Assembly (NCBI GenBank): GCA_024626585.2
Contig: JANKJI020000002.1
Span: forward strand, 248,785,595-248,802,353
Length of the DNA: 16,759 nt
Reading direction: 5' to 3'
DNA from: Ginkgo biloba
Taxonomy: Eukaryota; Plantae; Ginkgophyta
Below are positions 1-9,367 of the stretch, in pieces (the stretch's first letter is position 1; every line of letters starts with the position of its first letter). The translations under genes were made by a program, and so were the position numbers. Below the pieces are notes generated by a model. That model was not told the origin of the DNA. It searched no databases and saw only the letters and a program-made list of their open reading frames with translations.

Positions 1-349
1 TTTGGGCTCCATGTCGTCCATGCATTGAATAATGCTCTAGAGGACAAAGGTAAGTTTCATTGGATTGCATAGTGATTGAAAGGGGAAGGAAAATTCAAAT
101 GTTTAGTTGCAACCATCACTAATCAAAGGCTATGTTCCCTAATTATGCAAAAGTAGAGTTACTGTAACTTGCAGACACATGCTTTACAACATATTATATC
201 CTTCTTTAGAGGTTATGGGCAGTGAAGGGGGCTTTGTGTGCAATAGTTTGTTAGATATGTGGGTGGCTTAGAGGCAATCTTCCATAGATATTGCTATTGA
301 GGTGACACATATCGTATTGGATGATCATTTTTGGGCAAATGTGAAATTG
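1..349 (+). mobile_element. Degenerate hAT-superfamily (DUF659-type) transposase fragment
   Basis: Manual translation across frameshifts and stops gives WAPC/VHALNNALEDKGKFHWIA/IERGRKIQMFSCNHH*SKAMFPNYAKVELL*LADTCFTTYYILL*RLWAVKGAL...IVLDDHFWANVKL. This matches the WxPCxxHxLxL / FxxNH / TRF / LDDxFW motifs of DUF659 hAT transposases. Confidence 0.85.
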
Positions 350-1601
350 AGAAATCGAAAGAAGGAAAATAAAAATATGATTTTAATTTCAAAGATGAAT
401 TAGATGGCATATATATCAAAAACGACTAATTTAAGTAATCAAGGATACTCCAATTTATGGCAAACTGGAGATTTTTGTGTGCAACAAAGAAGAAGAGACC
501 TTAAGGCTCGTGTTTCAATTTCATTGGTTGTAAACATGTCAAATATCTTTTTTGGTAAAAAGAACTTTTAATAACATATGATTGTCCAAGAAGTCCTTAG
601 GTTGATGTTTATATTTATGGTAACCCAAAAGCTTGGTTTATCTTGGCACAAGAATCAATTTGATGACATTGAAGACAATGGCTTCATAGATGTTAAAAAA
701 AAATGCAGATTACTCGCTCCTAACTCTACATGGACAATAAGTGCATGGTGTGGCGTGAAGCTATTCTATGAGATGTAATGCTGAGCATTTTAAGATGGGT
801 ATATATTGCTAGTTTTATTGTGATTACGGCATAGAAACAATTGTAAGGATAGCTGATGATATTAAGAAAACCATAGTCAATTATGGCAAATGCCATTATA
901 GCATATAGATCGAGAAAGATGGTGGTAGGTCAAGATGGACAAAATTGGGTCATATCCCTTTTTATAACTCTAATTGTCAATAGAACAAGATCATGTTTAT
1001 TTTAATTCAAAATTGTTTGAGTCATAGAAGGGAGCATTTCATCAAAATCGAGTTATAGAGATGATCAAATAGCATCAAACTACAATTCTAATTACGTATT
1101 CGGGCTCTAGATTTGAAAGCACATTGAGTCTTGAGATTTCAAGTTGAATAGAGTCTACGAGAAAAGGGAAACAATTCTTAAATCTACGGAGATAAAACCA
1201 ACAATGATTTTGAAGAATATGTGGATAAAAACGATGTTAATTCTTAAATTTACATGTTTCTCTATAAAGCTTTGTCGGGAATTTGGTTGCCTAGAATGTA
1301 AGCTTTAATTTAGGTTGAAGCTCTTCGAAAATCATGGGCCATTGATATTACTTTGATCCCAAATCCACCTCAGGTGGAAATTGAAAATAATTTGTAGAAC
1401 TAAAATTGNNNNNNNNNNNNNNNNNNNNNNNNNNNNNNNNNNNNNNNNNNNNNNNNNNNNNNNNNNNNNNNNNNNNNNNNNNNNNNNNNNNNNNNNNNNN
1501 NNNNNNNNTTAGTTCTACCATTCTATCCATATATAATTACCACCATGAATATTAATTATTTATATTTCCTTATAATATTGCACAAATTATAAAAAATGTT
1601 A

Positions 1602-2241
1602 GGCATTGACTTCTCTTTATATGTCAACCTCCCTCTGGATATTCTTTACTCAAATGTTGTCCATCCTTCGAGCATTAGCTTCCCTCTGACCTCTTAAGTT
1701 TCCTCTGTCAACTGTTTAGATGTTGCCCACCCTTGGGATATTGGCGACCCTCTAGATGACAACCTTGGGGGAGTCATGAAATATATACAAAACCGTGTTA
1801 GGGAAGAATACGGGTATTGTTTATTAATAAAATGTACAACTCCTACTTATAATAGAAGGGGTTAGGGGTATCTTTACTTATAATTGATGCACACACATGT
1901 TTTGGGAAATCTATAATAGTGACACACCTGAGACAACAACAACTCTTTGAATGATAATAACTGTTCCGACAATTGCCACCCTCTGACAATGATAACTCTC
2001 TAAATGATGACAACCCTCTGGTCGATGGGCACCCTTGCACATCAACAACTTTATGGAGGATGCCATCTCTTTGGACGATAATCACTTTGTAGACGATCGT
2101 AACGCTTTGGTTGGTGGCCACTCTTTGAGTGCCAACAACTTTTTAGATGACGACCACCCTTGGCAAATCTTTTGACGACGGGCACCCTTCGATCATCGAC
2201 TCCCCTAGTGGTGACTACCCTCTAGATGTCAACAAATTTCC
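1602..2241. repeat. Degenerate 18-bp tandem array (consensus about GAYGAYRRCMACYCTYTR), interrupted at ~1771-1931
   Basis: Units read directly include 1932 gacaacaacaactctttg, 1985 gacaatgataactctcta, 2003 aatgatgacaaccctctg, 2074 gacgataatcactttgta, 2110 gttggtggccactctttg and 2146 gatgacgaccacccttgg. Related units occur at 1602-1770. Confidence 0.85.
1772..1924 (-). mobile_element. Possible very short LTR-like segment inside the 18-bp array
   Basis: The minus strand begins TGTCAC, then has a TATA-like CTATTATAAG (~1846-1855), AATAAA (1820-1825) and a possible ...CCCTAACA end at 1796. No matching TSD was found. Confidence 0.35.
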
Positions 2242-2315
2242 CTCTTTTTTTTGTTTTGCAATGTTTTTGTAATCTTTAGTTTGATATATACATGGGAAGA
2301 ATATCTATTTAGATG

Positions 2316-4347
2316 CTAGAGATAATATAGTTTAAGGAACCAGGAGTTCACAGGATGTTGAAACTCTCGACCATCCAGAGTAGAAATCCGGTAGGCGTTG
2401 TTATAGAGATCTTCCAAAACATCGAAGAAAGGCCACGGGGGGGAGATTGCCCGAAGTGACTAGGCAGGTGCGTGATACAAATCAAAGTGTTGTTGGCACT
2501 TGTGGCACCTGCAGGCATAGTCATTAGCATCTATAAAATTTGAAAGCCAATAATAACCCATTGTCAGAATCTAGAGATTCGTAGGATGTCCACCAAACGA
2601 AAGGTCCATAGGTTCATTCTCACCATTAGGCAGAGGTAAGTCTGTCAAGTGCTCGACAACAATGGGGAGATCGCCAAGGTGATCTCGCAGTCTACAGGAC
2701 AATCCCATGAGGTCGTCAAATTGAACGATCTCATGAGGTGAGGCGATAACCCCGAACATAACAATCTTAGGAGTGGAGGAGATTTTCAAAACGACATCTA
2801 GGGTGGCTCAATGGCCATGAGATTCCCTACCTCGAAGTGATCAGAAGCAGGTGATAAGTCACATGACGTGGAGGGGGAAGGAGAATCCAATAATTCGTCA
2901 CTGAAAATAGGTCAATCTTGAATCATGTGAATAGGATAGACAATAGAGGACACGACAGAGTGAGAGTCCTCGTCGGAAGAGTTAAGATAGTCATGACTAG
3001 AGTTTTCCAACTGAGACGATTAGTGAGGTTTAGAGTGAACCTGGTGGTTAGTTGAAGGTAGATCGCCCACTCGATGATTCGTAGGCGAAGGGTCGTAGCA
3101 TCGATAAGGTTAGGTCCCGATTGCAAGAATGGAAAAGGGATGAAAGCTACTCTAGGAAATTGCGCAGGAAGATAATATAAAGGGATGAGGCCCTCAAGTT
3201 GGTCAGACTAAATGGATTCAATTGCATCGGATGGAACACTTGGTTGGTCGAGGGCCCCCCAATGTTTAGGATCGTGGGGGAGTGGAAGTTTATCATCATC
3301 TAGAGTCTCCTCATCGGGGAGGAGAAGAGCCATAGGAGGAGGTACAAGCCCCTCCATATTAGCTAGATCTTGTGGTGTGATAGGCAGAATCTCCTCATCG
3401 GGGAGGAGAAATGCCAAGGGAGTAATAGCAAGTGCCTGTGTATTAGTTGTGAAGAAGAATTATCATGTAGATCGCGTAGTACAAGAGGTGTTGCAACAAA
3501 ACGATACATATGATGGACTTGGGAGGACTTGAGAAGGTCAAGCTCCTCTCAAGAAGCATCCAGACAATCGAGGTTAGAATCCTCGACAAACTGATATAGA
3601 CCAAAACTAAGTAGGACAAAGTCCTTGGCTTGACTAGAAAAATCGAGTGAAAACTCTTAGGAGCAATTTCAACTAGCGAAATAGTGGGATGCTCAAACGA
3701 AGCAACTTTCGTTCCAGGTAGCATGCACTTCACACGATGTAGATGACCCAAATGGAAAAATTGGATCTTTTCAAAGAGAGATGAGACAACAACTTCCATG
3801 TCATTTATCCATGATCTCCCCAAGAACAGATTGTAGTGAGTTCCTAATTGAGAACAACAACCTTAATAGTGATTGATTTCCCTTATAGGGTAATTGGGAG
3901 AGAAATTTGACCCATGGGAGATTTGCGAGACTTGTCATAACCTTGGCATACCTAGGAAGTGGGGCGGAGGAAACCTACGCCTAGCTGCTCGTAGATTGAG
4001 AACGACATGATGTTAATGGAGGATCCTGGATCCAGAATACACCTCCGAACAATAAAATCCCCAATTNNNNNNNNNNNNNNNNNNNNNNNNNNNNNNNNNN
4101 NNNNNNNNNNNNNNNNNNNNNNNNNNNNNNNNNNNNNNNNNTGAATGTAAAAATGTCACGTTGCAATTTGGGCATCGAGATAGAAAATGCGGTAAAGAAA
4201 GCCTCTCTTTGTTCAAGACAACTCTTTCGCACATCCATAAGAGATGCTAGAGGAAATCGACTATAATTCGTCGATGATGGAATACGACTTCTCTTTGGTG
4301 AGTTGGGTGAGAGGTCTTTTGAAATCGACAAGAATGGGCCTAGTAGG
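2316..4347 (-). mobile_element. Ty3/Gypsy (Tat/Ogre-like) gag-pol relic: gag C-terminus, aspartic protease and internally deleted pol
   Basis: At 4347-4142 it reads YSIIDEL*S..SISLMDV.K.C.EQREA. At 4066-3728 is a retropepsin, RRCILDPGSSINIMS...GYD...PMGQISLPI...YNLFLGRSWINDMEVVVSSLFEKIQF, with the catalytic D at 4030-4032. At 2789-2316 are a pre-RT segment, the integrase Zn-finger GGH..ILTMGYYW..DA..Y..RCHKCQ..PWPF and the C-terminal AYRISTLDG..HPVN..FLKLYY*. Confidence 0.9.
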
Positions 4348-4599
4348 NNNNNNNNNNNNNNNNNNNNNNNNNNNNNNNNNNNNNNNNNNNNNNNNNNNNN
4401 NNNNNNNNNNNNNNNNNNNNNNNNNNNNNNNNNNNNNNNNNNNNNNNGGGTGCCTTTTCCCTCCACAGGGGTCGCCTAACCCTTATGGGTGTTATTCCAG
4501 GCTACACGGGTCATGGGAGGACCACCGCGGGTGAGGCAAGCAGGCCACTGGGAGGAAGGGCAGGCCCGCGCGGGCCTATTCGTTCATATTTTGACTTTT

Positions 4600-4692
4600 T
4601 TTCACCCTTTCTTAGGTAAGCTTGTGTTAATTTTCTTGGATGACATCTAGGAAGAGCACTTGGAGTATTTGAAGTTAGTTTTGTTCCTTCTA
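4600..4692 (+). mobile_element. Short Ty3/Gypsy reverse transcriptase active-site fragment
   Basis: It translates FHPFLGKLVLIFLDDI*EEHLEYLKLVL, compared with the typical [34 protein letters not shown]; the LIYSKT stretch is deleted. Confidence 0.75.
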
Positions 4693-4795
4693 ATGCCCAT
4701 TGATTTGCATGGTTACTTAGATGTTTAAAGTTAAAAGAATTGTTCTTGCCAAGCTAGATGAGAGATCCCATGACATATGTTTTATTTTTGTGCAG

Positions 4796-5018
4796 GCAGT
4801 TATCTGGATTTTCATCCCCAAAATGACGGGCTCGGCTGCACTAAATATCAAAAATGCATTGCGGTTTATCGTCCTGTTTCAGTATGTGCCCAGATTTCTT
4901 CGNNNNNNNNNNTATAGTTCCACTGACGTCAGAGGTAGTAAGGACTGCTGGAGTATTCACTGAAACAGCATGGGCAGGGGCTGCTTACAATTTACTTCTG
5001 TACATGCTTGCAAGTCAT
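4796..5018 (+). CDS. CNGC: Internal exon of a plant cyclic nucleotide-gated ion channel (S3/S4 to start of S5)
   Basis: Acceptor tttatttttgtgcag|GCA at 4795/4796 and donor CAT|gtaagt at 5018/5019. Dropping the 10 N at 4903-4912 leaves 213 nt, phase 0/0, encoding AVIWIFIPKMTGSAALNIKNALRFIVLFQYVPRFLRIVPLTSEVVRTAGVFTETAWAGAAYNLLLYMLASH. This carries the plant CNGC hallmarks QYxPRxxR and ETAWAGAAxNLxLYMLASH. Confidence 0.96.
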
Positions 5019-5462
5019 GTAAGTATGACCTTACTGAGGACTTAGAACCTGTTGAAGGGAGAGTTGTGGATAAAATGTTTCTGATGGATCATTGCCTGGT
5101 GTTTTGCTTTATGTTTTGTTTAAGTATCATGCCTCTTTCATTTGTCTGTTGATCATAATGGAGATGTGGACAAAAGGATGCTGAAGCATATTCTAGAATC
5201 ATATATTTCAAACTGAGCATACTGAAGTTCATGGATTTATAGTCTCCATTACATGCTTTAGTTGTACAGGTTTTAGCGGGAATAAGGGTAAATCATTTAA
5301 TTAGAATATTTCAGTATAAGCATAACATATTGTGCACTGATTGGATCATTTATTCATTGCATAAAATTGAAAACAAGGAAATCCTGATCAGCAAGACCAA
5401 GAGGTTTATTCTTGGAAATAACATTGCAGTCTATGTAAGGACTTGGACACTGTGAAGTGCAA

Positions 5463-5620
5463 TCTAGATTCAATGCCATATTGCACTCCTTTCCAATCAT
5501 GCATGGAGGTTTCGGAAAGGAGGAATGAGCATTTAGGGATTCTTTTCGCACTGTGGACTGTATGGAGGATGCCAGGTACATCTTCGAGTGTACAAAGTAG
5601 TAAGGAGTTAGTATTTTCTG
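5463..5620 (+). mobile_element. Possible decayed C-terminus of a LINE ORF2 (zinc-knuckle region)
   Basis: SRFNAILHSFPIMHGGFGKEE*AFR...MEDARYIFECTK* resembles the RFRxxxHxLxIExGR...R..C..C...EDExHFxFECxxY tail of non-LTR RT proteins, but the CxxC is absent. Confidence 0.4.
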
Positions 5621-6656
5621 GGTATTTAGTATCATTTAGTCAATCTGGATGGATCGACTTAGAAAGGGTTGGTGAATGGCTTAAAGCTAAAACTGCATCA
5701 TATGCAACAAAGTATAGAGAGAGCCATCCTATTCTAGTTTGTCAATTTTGAGTACAAGGAATTTCATGGTTGTAATGGATAAATGTAATGATTCACAAAT
5801 CTAACTGAGTTGCATCTACCATAAGGAGGAGCCCCTCACCGAAGGCAACTATGAGCTATTAAAGCCTTTTGGTGACCCAAATACCTAAGAATATTGGCAA
5901 ATCAAGGCTCAACAACGGTAGATTAAGACAAAGATTACAGACCACTCCAAACAACCTAGCCATTTTGAACGACCAAGCCATCTAGTCTAACTTGGCAACA
6001 AATGACCAGTGGCCAACCTTGTTGGACAACTAACAACAAGCCCTAGACAACAATGACCAGGTCATGAGTAGCACAGAGGGGCATACATAGAGAATAAAGG
6101 GCATGATGAAGTAGAACACAAATTTATAGGACAAGAACTTGGATAACAAATTCACCTTCTATTCCATGTTCTAGTTGGTCTTCTTTCTCTCTTCTCATTT
6201 TGTTCCCCACTTTACTTAGTTTCTTGCTTGAGTGGGACGCTTAAGTTTAGTGAGGGCATAGATTTTTGCGGCTATTTTGTATTGCAGTTAGCCTCAACAT
6301 TTTGTATAAGTTTGGAGCAACCTTAGTCAACATTGGACATAGTGGGGATGGTCGGACATTAGAGGGGCACAACCAAACAATGCCTGACGATGCCTGAATG
6401 TTTGAGAATCACCTAATGACTGTCCAATTAATTATGATGGTTTTTTCATTAGTTGTATTGATGCAATGATTTGCATAGTTTGTATTTGTTATTGGGGGTA
6501 GTTGTTGGGGTTCAGTACATCAATTGTCACCAAGGACTATTCACTACCCTGTATGGNNNNNNNNNNNNNNNNNNNNNNNNNNNNNNNNNNNNNNNNNNNN
6601 NNNNNNNNNNNNNNNNNNNNNNNNNNNNNNNNNNNNNNNNNNNNNNNNNNNNNNNN

Positions 6657-7297
6657 TAGGAAACTCACACAACACTTTCTACATAGAAACAAGATTTTGG
6701 ACTGCAGAAACCCTCATGGGGACTAAAAGTCCAGATTGTATTAGTAATAGTGATTACAATAAAAAAAATTTCACTTCTGATGCCAACGCTTATGTTTAGA
6801 GATCTAGCTTATAGAGCTTACACAATCAATTATGTCTTTTCTTCACTATTCTCTCTCTTCTCCTGTCTCTCCTTCCTGTTCTATCCTTCCTCCCAACCCT
6901 TTTCCCCAAATGTGGATTCAATTCTGTAACCGTTCAAGGAAGTTGAACTGTCGCATAACGGAATAGTCAATCTTTATTTTGGATGTCTGTCGGGGTGTCA
7001 GCTAGCCTCTGTTGGTCTTCAACCTACCATGGTTGTCATCGAACTTTCATTGTGTCGATGTCGTTGAGATCAATCCCTTGTTGGTGTCGGTGAACTCAAC
7101 CTTCGTCGATGCTAGTCTCAAGCCTCCCTATCATTGTTGGTGTTAAGACTCCCCGTCGGTGTCGGTCTTCACCTTGTCAGTGTCAGTCTTAACCTCTCTC
7201 CCATAGGTGTCGGTGGGCTTTGAGAAAACTCTAGCATCCGATCCCCGACATTGATATACAAAAATTTATCGTTTGTCCCTTCCTTTTGGATCCAACA
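6657..7297 (-). mobile_element. LTR-like segment (Copia-type appearance, read antisense)
   Basis: It has an aactcacacaacac...acaagatttt...gaaaccct motif, a CT-rich tract at 6835-6907 and a ...TCCAACA end at 7297. The left end falls in an N gap, so TSDs cannot be tested. Confidence 0.35.
6985..7217. repeat. Degenerate minisatellite, period ~21-27 bp, core GTCGGTGTCGGT followed by an (YT)CAACCT-like tail
   Basis: Roughly ten units, such as gttggtgtcggtgaactcaaccttc, gtcgatgctagtctcaagcctccct, gtcggtgtcggtcttcacctt and gtcagtgtcagtcttaacctctctccc. Confidence 0.7.
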
Positions 7298-8118
7298 AAT
7301 CAATCTGCCAACCATCCAACCCCATATAGATGACACGACCTTGTTGGNNNNNNNNNNNNNNNNNNNNNNNNNNNNNNNNNNNNNNNNNNNNNNNNNNNNN
7401 NNNNNNNNNNNTTACGAGTACCTTAGATTGTTGAGCCCCCATAAATAATCAACAAAACGATTCCTTAGGCTCCATGAGCAATTGCCCAACCTTTATTAGG
7501 TTGAATGCCCTTGTCCTTTCTAGAACAAGCAACTGTCCTCCAAAGGCAATAAAATACAACAATGCTGTAGCATAAGCAGGCAGGTACATACTTGTATAAA
7601 TCTGCCATTGCAATTTAGTAATAGAGAGATAAGTTTCTCATAAGAAGAAGTTTGCAAATTAAAAGACTAGGAAAGAGCAAATAAGAGATGGATAATGAAT
7701 GATCTTCCCTCACTTTGCTTTGTTTAAATAGGAGAATGTGTGACCTAAGGCCTTCTTGGCTTTTGGATCTTCACTTCTTCCTTTCTCTCTTGGGAGTCCC
7801 AAGTCCTTTTTAAATACCTCTTCTTCTTTCCCACTTGTATATTTGAATTCTCTTTTTGAAGTTGGTCTTCAACTGGAGGTACATTGTTTGAACTAGTTTC
7901 AACTTGTATCTTTTTTCTAATACACTCGGGTTTGCATTNNNNNNNNNNNNNNNNNNNNNNNNNNNNNNNNNNNNNNNNNNNNNNNNNNNNNNNNNNNNNN
8001 NNNNNNNNNNNNNNNNNNNNNNNNNNNNNNNNNNNNNNACTGTGTCCTGCTGCAATCTGGTGTGCCCTTTTCTGCTTCAACTGCACATCTCTTTGATCTT
8101 CTCACTCACCAAAGCCAT

Positions 8119-8905
8119 GTGACCATGCATTTACTTAGTTGCATCATTGAGAAGGCCATTGTTAACGAAGGTTCCACAATGAATTTCATGCCAAAAACTA
8201 CGTGGAAAGCAATTCGAAGCCCAAAAATGACACTTGCTCATTACACACTCACTATGGATGACCAGTCTAGAGTATGACCATTAGGGATAGTGGAAAACCT
8301 ACCATTCACGGTGGGGGGAGTTTTCGTTCTATGAGGCTTTTCCATATTGAAGATGCCTACAAGAGGATGATCATACCCTACATTATTTGGATGTGAATGC
8401 CTACATGAGATTTGAGCCATCGAAGATTGGTGGAAATACACATTCACAAGGGAAAAAGCGTAACATTGCCAATGCTATAGATGGGCCAGCCTTTGTAAAG
8501 GTGGAAGATTATGCATTTAGCACCACCACATCTTCTGAGTCCACGGTAAGTTCATATTCCAAATCGGCATACCATTGCATGGCTAAAAATGATGTATTGG
8601 AACCTAATCATCAATGAGAAGTAATAATAGATGCAAGCTCAGATGATGACTCTACATGTTTCATGGTTAATTGGTTGCAAGAAGCATGCGAGCTAAACCA
8701 ACACACATGTTATAATATGAGCATTAGGATGGAGGATGAAGAAGACCAACTTGACGAAGAGGGCATGGTCATTCCAGATGAAAGTAGTGAAATTTGTAAC
8801 GAAGATGAGAGCATTGAGGTTGAATGTGCTACTAGTCATTCGAATTTCACCATGTTCATTCTAGATATCATAAGAACCATTGAACACCTTGAGGTATGCG
8901 AATGA
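8119..8905 (+). mobile_element. Ty3/Gypsy aspartic protease relic followed by an acidic spacer
   Basis: One frame with stops reads KAIVNEGSTMNFMPKTTWKAIRSPKMTLAHYTLTMDDQSRV*PLGIVENLPFTVGG...FSILKMP..SYPTLFG..CL....AIEDW. The catalytic D is mutated to N at 8164-8166. D/E-rich sequence follows to ~8905. Confidence 0.85.
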
Positions 8906-9367
8906 CATTAGGAGAAAAAAATGTTAAAGTGGAAAGCATCTTGGAATGGGGATTAGTTTGGTGAACTCTTCACTGCTGAGTGTGGGGGCAACACGTTTCC
9001 ATAATCGATTAAGTTCGTTAAAGGCATCAAGCCAAAAGGTCACGTAAAAAAGTGTAAAAGGGTATGAAAGCATCATAGTGTGTTGAGACAATTGTGGCTA
9101 TACCTATTTCCATGTTCCCTACAATCCCACCAACTCAAATGGTATTATGAATATGAGAAACAATGAGACTTTTGATGGAACACGCATGTAAAATAGTTTG
9201 TTTCCATATTTTTAGACAAATTTGATATGTCGCTAATCGATGCGATGTTCAAGAAAATTATGAAGTTTTCAACAAAGAGCATATCCTTAATTAAGAAATG
9301 TTTTAATGTAATGACCACATCAACACTTGAAGAGTAAAAACACTCTAAAGCTATAGATGATACTAAA

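Noticed and set aside
350-1600. AT-rich, repeat-like sequence and the 66-aa ORF at 578-778
   Set aside because: It is probably TE-derived but has no diagnostic motif or termini.
3306-3410. CRISPR-like appearance of palindromic direct repeats
   Set aside because: There are only two copies, the context is a eukaryotic retrotransposon, no cas genes are present, and an in-frame duplication explains it.
4448-4580. HDV-like ribozyme or group II intron domain
   Set aside because: I could not assign P1/P1.1/P3 pairings or a domain V motif on either strand.
4721-4795. N-terminal part of ORF 4721-4963
   Set aside because: Intronic read-through before the acceptor at 4795.
6080-6262. Possible Gypsy 3' end (IHxxFHV-like motif and PPT-like sequence)
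   Set aside because: The similarity is too short and degenerate to support.
7745-8086. Lys-rich minus-strand ORF
   Set aside because: It spans an N gap and has no recognisable domain or splice context.
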